The notes under the pieces: model-generated
Told to the model about the DNA's origin: nothing
Database searches by the model: none
The model's input: only the letters and a program-made list of their open reading frames with translations
Source: Strigamia acuminata
Taxonomy: Eukaryota
Direction of reading: 5' to 3'
Length of the DNA: 64,000 nt
NCBI GenBank assembly: GCA_949358305.1
Contig: OX442314.1
Location: forward strand, 12,524,001 to 12,588,000
Shown here: positions 24,338 to 35,600 of the stretch, in pieces
Layout: every line of letters begins with the position of its first letter
How positions within the stretch are numbered: the stretch's first letter is position 1
Program-made: the position numbers and the translations under genes

Positions 24338-24437
24338 CACCATGTCTTCCAATTCTCATTCCAGAAGATTGCAGTGAAGAAAACAAAACGGTGACTATTA
24401 CGTGACAACGACGTCCTTCTGCCACAGTGCTTATCAG
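24338..24437 (+). pseudogene. TRIM9: Decayed TRIM9 FN3 exon (first half)
   Basis: Translates APCLPILIPEDCSEENKTVTIT*QRRPS, resembling the TRIM9 FN3 pattern IPEeCSaENNSVTVAWQ. The conserved Trp is TGA (24403-24405), the acceptor reads ttattgg instead of ag, and the YVLELDDG segment is missing. Confidence 0.8.
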
Positions 24438-24630
24438 GTGCGTTATTAATTAATTATTATGGATTTGTTTTGCACACCTGTTTATTAGTGGAACTTCCAA
24501 GCACACGTTATAAATCATTGTGGGAAGAACTGATCAATTTTTATTGGACTGCAATCAGTAAGAGAACCGGGATGGGAATATGGGAAATTTGAAATTGAAC
24601 GTGAGTAAACCAGGATTTCAGTTTCAACGG

Positions 24631-24836
24631 GATGGTTCGTAAAATGCAATCCTTTGAGCCTTGCAAAGTAATCTGTTGTATTCGGGATGAAATTTGGTGC
24701 CTTTCACTTTAATCAATTCTCCCTGGTGGAAATTTCTTTCAATTTTTATGATCAAGTCCGCAGATATAAAACGGTTTTAACGACTCGAGAAATATGGCGT
24801 AGTGCAGTTAATGGTGATTGAGAGGTAATTTCTGCT
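24631..24836 (+). repeat. Dispersed ~205-bp repeat (second copy 52664-52870)
   Basis: GATGGTTCGTAAAAT..AATCCTTTGAGC..TTAATCAATTCTC..GCAGATATAAAAC..GAGAAATATGGC is collinear in both copies. Confidence 0.8.
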
Positions 24837-24866
24837 GCTGCTATGTTTTTATACCGTATTTTTTAC

Positions 24867-24911
<45 letters not shown>

Positions 24912-25103
24912 AATATCATAGCGATGGATATAGAATGTTCCCTGATTAATGGTGTTTGACGAAGGTGAAGATATGCAAAATACACACATATTTGAATGAA
25001 TCAATTTGTTACATCGCGGTTGTTTGTTCATCATCAATCATTAAAAATGATAGTTGTTTGCACTGCACTCTGTTAATAATGATGTGTCTTTAAAACTTTG
25101 CAG

Positions 25104-25245
25104 GAAGTTTGCTGTGGCAAAGAGAGCATCTCCATTGTGGATGGATTGCTTTTCATCACTACGCTATACAATGCTCGCGTCACAGCTTTCAACAGCAGCA
25201 GTGAAGGACTGTGGAGTAAATGTATTTGCTTGCAAACAGCTGGAG
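25104..25245 (+). pseudogene. TRIM9: Diverged TRIM9 FN3 exon (second half)
   Basis: tttgcag|[47 protein letters not shown]|gtaaat, matching the TRIM9 EVYxGKET..VDGLHF...YNARVKAFN motif. The frame is open but both flanking exons are broken. Confidence 0.8.
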
Positions 25246-25356
25246 GTAAATAGCAATTTGCGATTTTTGTTTTCGCTAACGTTTGATGTGTTTTAAACAC
25301 ATTTTTACGTATCGAGATTAAACTTTGGTTGGATTTCAATTTTTTTTTTATTGCAG

Positions 25357-25517
25357 TTGGCTTGGTTCTCGCTTGATTTCATCGCCGATCACCAGGATCT
25401 GTCATTTTCAAATAACAATCTCAGTGTTGTGTGTGAGTGAAAGCTTCGAACAACGCGTGGGAGTTTACAGTTGATCGCTACGATAGCAACGCAGATGTTG
25501 TGTTTAGAGTGGCGCGT
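25357..25517 (+). pseudogene. TRIM9: Decayed TRIM9 PRY/SPRY exon
   Basis: Fragments AWFSLD..HQDLSFSNNNLSVVC, ESFEQRV and WEFTVDRYDSNADVVFRVAR lie in different frames. The expected GFSRGVHY segment is deleted. Confidence 0.8.
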
Positions 25518-25560
25518 CGGTGTAATAAATTAGTTAGTCGAATAGAAATTTAGTTTATAG

Positions 25561-25642
25561 GGAAAGATGACAAAGGATGGGAAAGGGGAGGTCCTTGTTT
25601 GATCTGCACAACCACCGGGTGAGATTATTCGTGGACCAGTGA
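25561..25642 (+). pseudogene. TRIM9: Decayed TRIM9 terminal SPRY exon
   Basis: ttatag|GKDDKGW, then LFDLHNHRVRLFVDQ*. Compare the intact paralogue at 63638-63942 (GKDDKGW...FLDLDNHQLSFYVNQ). Large internal deletion. Confidence 0.78.
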
Positions 25643-28600
25643 CATTTTATTGGTTTGTTTGGTGTTTTCTACTCTGCAGTTACCATCATCAAAGTATAGC
25701 AGCGAATGACACTTTCTGCATAGGATTTGAGAAACTGAAAACGTTAGATTCGACACTAATTGAAGACACTTTAAAGCCACAAAGAGGTGTTTGTTTATTT
25801 ACGTTCTTCCATTTGTCATATTAACATTTGGGAATTGAGAGCGTCGTAGTATCTAAAGGGGAAAGTTGTTTGTGTTTGCGCTTTTAAAATATTTAAACCT
25901 TCAAACTGAAGTTTGTAAAGCATTGGTAAGCCGTTTTTTTTTATATTTATTTGCTTATTTATTACAATTTGTATACGATAATACAACATATTAAATTGCG
26001 TCGGGAATGTATGCAAATATTAGTCCAGGTTGTGTTTTGTTTCTGCCATTACTCACTATGTGGCGGTCTTATAAAAATGGCGATTAAACACGGAATAATA
26101 GTGTTGGTATAATTTGTAAGAAATATATTTTGCAAAGTGTATGTATGTTTTACATTGTATTCCACATTACAGGGGGTTAACACCTGATGCGATAACAATA
26201 TAAGGAGGAAAAAATCAATTGACAAATCACCAATGGCGGCTTAATTCGATAAAGGATTTGCTGCGGCGCCAAAAAATCTAGCCATGGATCAAAAGACAAA
26301 AGGTCACTATTTTTAAGGTTTATACGAAGTAAATCAGTATTTCACAGTTCAGTGGGAGGAAAACAGTACTGACTGGCCAACATTTATCTTGTGCCCGAAA
26401 TAGATTTTTCTTTTTTCTTTTTCATTTAGGGCTGGTGCATAATTTTGTAAATGTGGCTACCTACCGTTTTAGTACTAGCTGGAATCATCGATAACCGAGA
26501 GTAAGAAAAATGTATGAACCATATGGCCGTGATAGATGTCGGGTGAATTTGATTTATGACTTACTTTAAAGAAACCAATATTCGGTAAAAAAGGCAGAGA
26601 CTGGTGTGCTTGAATGCGCAAAAAGTCGCATTTGTATGGAAACTTAATCAAATGAGAAGGAATTTCGGAGTTAAAAATTGAAATATTCGAAGCTGAACTG
26701 AGGTGAGCAGAAATATCGAAATATTGAGCATTTATAGAAAGAGTTGTTGCGGTATAATTCTGTATGTATAGTTGATACATCGAAGTTTTGGATAGTTCTT
26801 CCGCAAGTTTTATCGTTACGCACCAGCTGCGGCTTTCTTGTTGTCGTGGAGACGAGTCGGTCGTTTCTCACAGCTGCTTGTTTTGTTGAATGAACTATAA
26901 AAGCAACCTCGTTCTTCATTTTACTTGATTTAATCTGTGTTTAAATTAAAATTACGGCGAAGAAATTGAACTTGTCGCGTTAGTTTCAACCGTAAACATT
27001 ATTTAAGGTTTACAAATGGACTTTAAAGGCTTTTATACATTAAGAAATAGTTTCGTATTACGTTGAAATTGTATTGTAGGGGAACTAGATACTCTAAAAG
27101 TGCATCGTTTCAGTTTTTTCAGGTTTTTTTTTTGTGGTTTTTCATCTTTTGGCGTTTTTTCTTGAATTTGTAATGAATTACTTACAATTCATTACAATTT
27201 GTAGAAAAATATAATGCTGAGTTTGCTGTTTTTAAAGTCATTTTTTTTTCTTTCTTTTTTGTGCATTTTTTTCTTTATTTTATTGAATACAAAAGAAAAA
27301 GGAATTTTTATGTTTTCTAACTTTGGTTGGCGATGGACGCGGTCGCAGAGTTGTTGCTATGACTACACATGCATTATTTAGAGGATTATTATTTGACCAT
27401 ATCTGATATCTTAGAGCTTTTAACGAGGGGATGATCGATTTAATAATTTATGGAAAGGATGTTGAGATTTTTTTATTAAATTTTTTATGGTATCTGTAAT
27501 TTATTTTTGCGACGTTGATTTTGTGTTGATTTTGATTCGAATATTGATTATGGGACAAGTTAATTTGGATTTAGCGGATTGTTTGTTGTTTTGGTCATCG
27601 ATTGATGAGTTTGGACTCGTTTTCTAAGCTGATTGGTAAGTTGGTTCCCTAAGCTCATTATTATTAATGGCCGTTTACTTAGTTTGTTAGACCTCGTGAT
27701 CTTTTCTTTTATTATTTTATTAATGAATGTTAAATGAGGTGAGGAAACAAGAAGAGAAATTCCGAGTAATTATTTCTGGAAATGAGATTAATGCATTTTT
27801 AATGGGTTGGAAAAAAGGAGCGATTCGTGCTGATTTCATTTCTGTTGAAGAACGATGACAATTCCGTTGAACAATTAAAGTGGAGATTTAAAGAGAGTCA
27901 GAATATTTTTTCTCCATCTTTCACTTGCTATACTGTCCACATTCTCAGGGTGATAAACCGAATTTTGCCTTTCTAATTGGATGCTTGTGTCGGTTTCATT
28001 TCCGGACTTGTTTGCCCATTACAACCACAAATTGGGGTGGTTAGCTGTACGGGAATACTGTATGTTCATGTGGAACACATACATGACCACAATCATTGCA
28101 GGTCATAATTTGTATAGCAAAATGAAAATTTCATTCATTTAATGACATTCTGATATTTATATACCCAAAAATATATTTTACAATATATTGCTTTTCAGTT
28201 AATGCATTCCAAAATGTATAGCATTAAATAATGCATTTATATGTGACAAAATAATAATATTGGGGATGCATTTTATAATACATTTCACAAAATGTATTAT
28301 TATTTGCAAAGCAATGGTACGTAAAAATGTATTAGAAAATGAATACTCGTGGAAGCAAATATGCATTTCTATTTAATTTTAATGTATTTTTGAACCATGT
28401 GGGTACTTTGATTAATTCTGTGAAAGAAAAGTGCCACAAGTTGTTTCTTTGATTGTGCTGTGGTGGAAATTGGAATTTTCCTTGTTTGTGTGGGTTTGAT
28501 TCGAAGTTGCACACACAGCATTAAAGAGGAGAGTTAATTGAGTAAATCCGCCTTGAGGGAAATCTTGATTGAGTGTTGGAGAGAAAGGTTAAGTTTAGAG

Positions 28601-28833
28601 GGATAACCATGTTTATTCAGCAGTGTTAGGATGTAAAAAGATGATAATGGTTTGAGGCGAGTGAGTGAATGTGACCAGACAGAGAACGAGGCGAGTTACA
28701 TTAGTTTTACTTGTTGTTATCGATCCAAGACACACGACACACTTGTTGCCATGCCATGCCATCACTGTGGGCAAAGCTAAAATCAGCTTGAATTTCTTAT
28801 TTCTTTAAAATTTTTTTTTGACTAATTAATGAA

Positions 28834-29100
28834 TAGTTAGTGCCCGGTATCTTGATGCCAAATTCAAACTGCGCATCACATTTTGCGCATGCAATTAGCA
28901 TGGTGAAAAGCAACAAATAAAGCAACAATATTTCGATACCATGCTGTTGATGAGTTTATTGTTGTTTATTTACTTTATTTTAGCGTTATTAGGCCTAATG
29001 TTGGGCCTAATAACGATTGGAATTATGAAATTATTTGCGCAGAATGGGATACGCCGTATGAATTTATCATTAAGATAGCGGGCGCGAAGCCGCGAACTGT
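28834..29100. mobile_element. Degenerate third copy of the Tc1/mariner-type MITE
   Basis: Shares cggtatcttgatgc, gatgagtttattgttgtttatttactttatttt and gcgcagaatgggat blocks. Confidence 0.75.
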
Positions 29101-30484
29101 AGCAACTTGAAAATGATGTTGCTTTAATATATCTAAAATATTAAATTCTAGTTTAGTGAGGAACTTTTAGCTCTGGCGCCGTTGAATGATTTTCTTCCAT
29201 ACCAAATCTCTTTGAGAATCTCAATGCGCATGTAAGTTCCACTCGATAAGCGACTGAATCTCTTTTTATCTCCAACTTTTCTTGCCTTTGCTTACTCGGA
29301 TAAAATGTAAACATTTTGGAAGATAAGAATTACAAGAGACGCTTCTGTTGATGCTTTTGTATTTCATTGTTACTTTTTTTAAAAAAAAAAAAACTTGTCT
29401 TATTAGGTCTCATTTGTTGTTTTTTGGGCGTAAAACCGAGGGAAACTGCAAAGAATAGCCCGCATTACCTAGAAAGTTTATTGTTTTTCTTGTTTTATGT
29501 AATGTTGAGTCGAGTAGAAAAGACTTTAACGGATCATGTTTTACGAGGCCAAGTGCTCGTTGTATTCGTTATTTGCGACAAGAAAAACGAAGGCCGACCA
29601 CGCCTTAATTGGAGCTTTATATCATTCTTTCCACCTTTTATATGTGCCCTCCTTCGTGCTTGGATTCGTCTCAAGGAGGAAGGTCGAAAGGGTGAAGTGA
29701 TGCTGATGTCCGTCTACTCCGAGATGAATTTTATTTGAAACTGCAATGTCGCACGAGGATGATAGAAACGTCAAAGAAGGGCTATTATTTATCTGTAGTG
29801 ATTTTTCTTGACTTTAATATTTAATTCAACGAATAACGTGACTAGCGTTCTTTTTTACTTTGATTTCTGACGTTTTGTCGATTTCTCGGAAGAGCCAATA
29901 AGAATGGTATAAGGTCATATTGTGGTCATGGAATGCGGCTGATTATTCCACTTCATAAACTTCATTTACTGCAACCACTCACTCGGTTGGGCCTGCAATC
30001 ACGAAGAGTTTATCTAAGTCGACTTTTTTGTTTACAGGCTGAGAGCCTGAAATAGTTATCAGTTGTTTGGTTCCATTTGTTTAGTTAAAAAAATGATATG
30101 AAGTATGAGATGACTCTGAAACTAGACATAATGGAATTCACTTGGCTGGAGACAGATCTTTAAAGCAGATGGAAGTTTTTTTCACTATGGTACACTGAGC
30201 CTGAGGAAAATGGGACTTCCTAAGGTAATGATTAAAATAACTAGGAAGAAGTTTTTGTTGTGTCCACAACATTGTTTGTTTCTCTATAGCAAATGACAAC
30301 AGCAACCTCACTCTCTCTTTTCTCTGTTACACTCAACAACAAACAAGAATAATAGAACAGTCTGTAGAGAACAGTCATGAGTCGGTAGTGACATTCTATT
30401 TATTTCTCCTCATAATTAGGGCTGAGTCCTGAATTGGACTCAGCCCCAAACCCACATTAGTAAAACCATACACTAAATGGATTT

Positions 30485-30657
30485 TAGTGTGTATTACTAA
30501 AATGATTCATGTAAATGTACGCTGATGAAAGAGGGAGTCCAGTCAGTCAAAAGGTAGAAATTGGAATAGGTTTATTCAGGTGTAAAACATAGGTGGCGCT
30601 GTATAGAACAGCGTCATACAAAATGAGCTAAGGTAAGACAGGGAAGCGAACATGGCA
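30485..30657 (-). repeat. 3' LTR of the Mag-like element
   Basis: Direct repeat of 35048-35220, preceded on the minus strand by PPT AAGGGGATAA (30658-30667). Confidence 0.95.
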
Positions 30658-30779
30658 TTATCCCCTTATTAATGGAACATTAATTGTAATTGAATTGTGA
30701 AAATGATGTAACATTTCGAAATAAAGTGGTATTAATACATGAGAGAACTTGAGAAAGTTAATTAATCTAACAATACATG

Positions 30780-31725
30780 CTATTGAGCGTTACTGTCAAA
30801 ACCGTAAAATTGCGTTGGATGGCGGATTCGTTGTGGATGAACGTATGGCGCCGGAGGAGCAGTGGCAGGCGGAGGAACGAGCGGGGCAACAGCCGTCGCG
30901 GGCGGCGCAGGCGGTGCGTCGGGTACGAGCGGTATAACAGCAGTTGCGGGCGGCGCAGGTGGTGCGTCGGGTACGAGCGGTGCAGGTCGTGCAACTGGTG
31001 GTACAAGTGCTGGAATGTCTGGAGCCGGCGGTGTATTCGATTGAGGTAAGATATTCGAAAAATCTTCGAGATTCTCCCCCCTTTCCGGAGGTTTGAGTCG
31101 GCCCTTGGTTCGTGGTCTCAACTGGTCCACGTGGCGGTTCCACACGATCGAATTTCCGACATCTACGTCGTATGTCGTTGAAGACGTTTTCTTCACTATC
31201 GTGCCTGGAATCCATCTAATTCCGTGCAGGTAATCCCGTGCATAAACGAGATCATTGACGTCAAATGAGCGAGTTGTTTCGATTTGAGTCGTGTCGGGCA
31301 ACAAGCGTGGATTTAACAAGTGGAGGCGCGTCCGCATCGTACGTTGCAGGAAAGCATCCGCTGGAGTGACTTTGGTTGTTGCGTGCGGTGTCGTGCGATA
31401 CGACAAGAGAAAGCGATTGACGGCTTCCGGCAGTGACAATTTCAATTTTAAAAATTTGTCTACTTGCGTTTTGAATGTTTTTACAAAGCCCTCAACGGCT
31501 CCGTTGGTCGCGGGGTGGTACGGCGGAGATCTCGTGTGGCGAATTCCGTTGCGCGACAGGAAGTCCGAAAATTCACTCGATGTGAATTGGGGCCCATTAT
31601 CCGTATGTACGTGGATCGGCAGGCCGTGTTGTGCAAACCAGGACTTCATGACAGCAATTGTGGCCGTGGCAGTCGTGGAGGTCATCGTGTGCGCCTCGCA
31701 CCATTTGGTTCTCGCGTCAACTGCC
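30780..31725 (-). CDS. pol: Integrase core and C-terminus, frameshifted continuation of Gag-Pol
   Basis: AVDARTKW..TDNGPQF..PPYHPATNGAVE..TTPHATT..WIPG. Removing one T from the T9 run rejoins it as GKMFFLAVDA. Confidence 0.9.
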
Positions 31726-34700
31726 AAAAAAAAACATTTTTCCATGAAAAGGACCAGCAAAATCGAGATGTATTCTGCCCCAAATTTCGTCAGGGATTGG
31801 CCAACGAATGTCTGGTGTTTTGGGTGGGTCTGGGAGTGCGGTGTGGCACACATCACACGAACGAACTAAGTGTTCCACGTCGGTGTCTATGCACGGCCAC
31901 CAAACTGTTGCGCGAGCGAGGGCCTTCGTACGGACGATTCCAAAGTGGCCCGTGTGCAGTTCCGTCAAAACTGCCTTTCGAAGCGGTGCAGGAATTACTA
32001 GTCGGTCCGACAAGAACAAAAATGCGTCGTACGTTGAAAAAGCCTCGCGGTGCTTAAAATATGGCGCCAACTCGGGTGTTTTCGTTTTCCAATCGTTCTG
32101 CAAGCATGTTATTGCGGCTTGCAGTTCGGGATCTGCGAGGTAGGCTGCTCTCAGGGCAGCGGTCGAGACTGGAAACTGTGATAACGAGAGGGAAAAAATT
32201 TCATTAATTTCGAAATCCAAGTTTTCGCGATCGTCCACTCGAGGTTGCGGGTTTCGGGATAGTCCATCTGCGACAGCATTATCGGACGCGGGCACATGTT
32301 CAATTTCGTAGTCGTAGGCTGATAGAAAAACCGCCCACCGGTGTAATCTGGCGGCGACGATCTGATTGCATCCTTTACGATCACCGAAAATTGAGACTAA
32401 TGGCTTGTGGTCCGTTCGCAATACGAATTTTCGTCCGAAGAGGTGATGATGAAACTTTCTAATGCCATATATTATGGCAAACCCTTCGCGCTCGATCTGC
32501 GCGTAGTTCTTTTGGGCTGGTGACAACAGCGAGCTTGCAAAAGCGATAGGGCGATGTACTCCATTTTCAAGGTGAGAAATAAATGCACCCACACCCACTG
32601 GTGATGCATCCACGGTTAAGTACAAAGTTTTGGCCGCGCTGTAGTGCATTAATGCAGACTCGACAGTCACCGACTTTTTAACGGTCGTAAATGCGGCCTC
32701 CTGCTCCTTTCCCCACGTCCACGGCACATCATCTCTCGTCAAACGGTATAATGGCTCTAGCATTGTTGAAAGGTTGGCTATAAAACGACCATAATAATTA
32801 ATTAGTCCCAAAAAGGATTTCAATGATGTTATGTCGGTTGGTTGAGTTGCTTTACGCAATGGAGCCAATTTCGAATCAATGGGGGTTATGCCGTTCTTGG
32901 AAATGTTGAGGCCTAGGAACTGGACGCTTGAGCGCAGGAACTTGCACTTCGAGCGGTTGAGAGTCAATCCGTTTTCATCGAAGGTGCCTAATAACTGGTC
33001 GAGATTCTGCAAATGAACTTGATTAGTGGAATCGGTGACTGCGGAGTCATCGATATATGGCTGTGTGTTGCCAACATCAGCCGTTAATGTATCCATCGTC
33101 CTTTGAAAAATCGCCGGAGCGGACGAAATTCCGTAAAAGAGTCGGTTGACAGTGAACAAGCCAAGGTGTGTGTTTATGGTGCACACAGCCTTGCTTGCAG
33201 CATCTAACTCTAGTTGGTTATAGGCCGAGTTCATATCCAAAATGGAATATGACTCACCGCCAGCCAACTTTGCAGTAACATCTGCAAATAAAGGAAGTGG
33301 ATAAGCATTAGGCACTACTGCCTTATTAACTGTTCGATTGTAACACCCGGCTATCTTCAAGGTGCCGTCTGATTTCAAGACGTGCATAATGGGTGTTGCC
33401 CAATTTGAAGATGCCACTGGTGTGATTATGCCCAACGCCTGAAGTCGTCTTAATTCCTCCTCTACTTTGGGTTTCATGGCCAATGGAACAGGATACGCCT
33501 TCAAAAAAATTGGTTTTACAGCTGGGTCGATGTCGATTGAAACAGGAGCGCCGGTGTAACGTCCTATTTCCTCTCTGAAAACGTTTGAGTGTTTTTCCAA
33601 CACAGCCGCGAGTTCATCTGCAGTTTTTGTCGTAAGTTCGTCTGCTGCTGTTGATGTCGTCGAAATTGCATTCACTTCTGGCTGCATACGAGCGAGTTCG
33701 CCAAACGTATCGAGCCACGTACGACCGAGTAATGGGGCGAGTCCGTTGGTTGCGACACACAATGGGAGTTTGTATTTCCGTCCTTTGAACTTCACGGGCA
33801 CGACGCAAACCCCTTCCATGTGGAGAGGACTGCCATCGTACGTTGCCATCGGACAAGGAAGGGGCTGCAATGAGAATTTGGAAAAATAGCGATTATACAT
33901 TGCGAGATTTATTATTGATGCTCCTGCCCCCGTGTCGATTTCCATAAGAATGTCGACACCTGCGATACAAACGGGTAGTGTCAACGGTTTGACTCGAGTC
34001 ATTTCGACATTGTTGAGTCGGTCTGGTCCGACTGGTCGTATTGAGTAGTACGTCAACGGATCCTGCATATGTAGCGACTGCACGGGTGATTGCTTCGATA
34101 CCGAACGACACGCAGGTTTGATGTGACCCATGCGTCCACAACCGTTGCATTTTGCATTGCGATACTTGCAGTCGTCGCGTCTGTGCCCAGGGTTACCACA
34201 TGACGGGCATTTCGAGCCGTTGTTGCTCGTAGAAGACGTGCCCGGTGGCTGTGGAGGTGGTTTTGAGCCGCTCGTGCGTGATTTGTTACCGTAACGTGAA
34301 TTGTGTGGCTTTTTCTCAGAGTTGGTGATCTGGTGCACCGTCGTCTTGGAATCAGGGCGAAATTTGGGTACTTCAGTGAATGTGAGTTCCATGGATGTCG
34401 CGACCTGATAAATATTGTCAAAAGTCAAATCAGTGAGGTGAACAATAGCACGAGTGATCGGCTCGGAACGCAAACCGCATGCAAAGCGATCACGTAGAGC
34501 TGTAGAAAGAAATTCGCCAAATTCGCAAGTTGTAGCCATTGCTTGGAGTTCCAGAGCGTAGTCGGCAATTGATTCGGTCGTATTTTGGTAACGTGCGTAA
34601 AATTTGTTGCGCTCGGCCAGCATCATCGTCTTGGGACGTGCGTGTTTCGCCATGAGTGCAGTAATTTGGACAAACGTGAGTTCCTTTGGTTTTTTAGGGC

Positions 34701-34875
34701 TGGCGAGATCGGATACTCGTTTATAGTTGTCCGGTCCCATCCACGCGAGAAATAATTTCACGCGCTTATCTTCTGCCACGTCGTTTCCATCAAAATATAA
34801 TTCAGTGCGCTCCACATATTGATTCCAATCGTCCGCCGGATCGTAGCGTTCGAACGACTGAGTCTGCGTGGCCAT
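31717..34875 (-). CDS. gag-pol: Gag-Pol polyprotein (Gag with two CCHC knuckles, protease, RT, RNase H, integrase HHCC)
   Basis: CPSCGNPGH....C and CNGCGRMGH....C; DTGA; YIDD; VDAS; HTGHFG...CDVC; HLDFAGP. The frame is lost in the T9 run at 31726-31734. Confidence 0.93.
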   Translation of the reverse strand: MATQTQSFERYDPADDWNQYVERTELYFDGNDVAEDKRVKLFLAWMGPDNYKRVSDLASPKKPKELTFVQITALMAKHARPKTMMLAERNKFYARYQNTTESIADYALELQAMATTCEFGEFLSTALRDRFACGLRSEPITRAIVHLTDLTFDNIYQVATSMELTFTEVPKFRPDSKTTVHQITNSEKKPHNSRYGNKSRTSGSKPPPQPPGTSSTSNNGSKCPSCGNPGHRRDDCKYRNAKCNGCGRMGHIKPACRSVSKQSPVQSLHMQDPLTYYSIRPVGPDRLNNVEMTRVKPLTLPVCIAGVDILMEIDTGAGASIINLAMYNRYFSKFSLQPLPCPMATYDGSPLHMEGVCVVPVKFKGRKYKLPLCVATNGLAPLLGRTWLDTFGELARMQPEVNAISTTSTAADELTTKTADELAAVLEKHSNVFREEIGRYTGAPVSIDIDPAVKPIFLKAYPVPLAMKPKVEEELRRLQALGIITPVASSNWATPIMHVLKSDGTLKIAGCYNRTVNKAVVPNAYPLPLFADVTAKLAGGESYSILDMNSAYNQLELDAASKAVCTINTHLGLFTVNRLFYGISSAPAIFQRTMDTLTADVGNTQPYIDDSAVTDSTNQVHLQNLDQLLGTFDENGLTLNRSKCKFLRSSVQFLGLNISKNGITPIDSKLAPLRKATQPTDITSLKSFLGLINYYGRFIANLSTMLEPLYRLTRDDVPWTWGKEQEAAFTTVKKSVTVESALMHYSAAKTLYLTVDASPVGVGAFISHLENGVHRPIAFASSLLSPAQKNYAQIEREGFAIIYGIRKFHHHLFGRKFVLRTDHKPLVSIFGDRKGCNQIVAARLHRWAVFLSAYDYEIEHVPASDNAVADGLSRNPQPRVDDRENLDFEINEIFSLSLSQFPVSTAALRAAYLADPELQAAITCLQNDWKTKTPELAPYFKHREAFSTYDAFLFLSDRLVIPAPLRKAVLTELHTGHFGIVRTKALARATVWWPCIDTDVEHLVRSCDVCHTALPDPPKTPDIRWPIPDEIWGRIHLDFAGPFHGKMFFFGS

Positions 34876-35030
34876 CGTGAAAATTGAGGAAGAACAAAAA
34901 ACGAGCAGAACGGGTTAAGCCTAACACGCGGTGGTTTAGGCCCAAAAGTCCGAAAAAGTCCAAAAAAACACAAAAACGACACAAAACTTGCGTGAAATTC
35001 TTCCTGAAGTTATGCGATGAATTTTCGTCG

Positions 35031-35044
35031 CATCCTCGTCGCCA
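35031..35044 (-). other. Primer binding site complementary to the tRNA-Ser(GCU) 3' end
   Basis: Minus strand TGGCGACGAGGATG, 3 nt after the 5' LTR. tRNA identity is from recalled metazoan tRNA-Ser(GCU) ends (...CATCCTCGTCGCCA). Confidence 0.8.
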
Positions 35045-35047
35045 ATT

Positions 35048-35220
35048 TAGTGTGTATTACTAAAATGATTCATGTAAATGTACGCTGATGAAAGAGGGAG
35101 TCCAGTCAGTCAAAAGGTAGAAATTGGAATAGGTTTATTCAGGTGTAAAACATAGGTGGCGCTGTATAGAACAGCGTCATACAAAATGAGCTAAGGTAAG
35201 ACAGGGAAGCGAACATGGCA
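35048..35220 (-). repeat. 5' LTR of the Mag-like element
   Basis: Direct repeat of 30485-30657; minus-strand termini TG...TA. Confidence 0.95.
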
Positions 35221-35600
35221 GATTTTACAGTTTTCTTAATTCTTTGTGTGATAAATTATAAATTATTTCTCTGAATGGTTTGTTGACTATACAGTATACG
35301 ACCCTTTTGTGTATCGGCTTTAGCACTTTTATACCATGTTCACACCAAGCTTTTGCATCTCATCCAAAGCTGCGGATCTAGATCCAAGATTGGTGTGAAC
35401 ACTGAACTCTGTTCAGGGATCTACAGTCAGCGCACGGTATCTTGATGCTAAATTCGTACTGCGCATCCCATTCTGCGCAGACGATTTTCTAATTCCAGTT
35501 ATTTATATTTAGCAGTATTAAGTCTAATATTAGGCCTATCAATGCTAAAATAAAGTAAATAAACAACAATATTGGTCATACTGTGTGAATTACTTTTAAT

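Larger units (their letters stand above)
30485..35220 (-). mobile_element. Full-length Ty3/Gypsy LTR retrotransposon (Mag-like)
   Basis: Two apparently identical 173-bp LTRs, 5-bp TSD GATTT (30480-30484 and 35221-35225), PBS, PPT, and a single gag-pol ORF in PR-RT-RH-IN order. Confidence 0.96.

Noticed and set aside
30523..30560. CTGATGA hammerhead-like core in the short LTR
   Set aside because: No stem II followed by GAAA and no compatible cleavage triplet or stems were found.
31291..32143. Several + strand ORFs of 111-197 aa
   Set aside because: Antisense shadows of the GC-richer retrotransposon pol.
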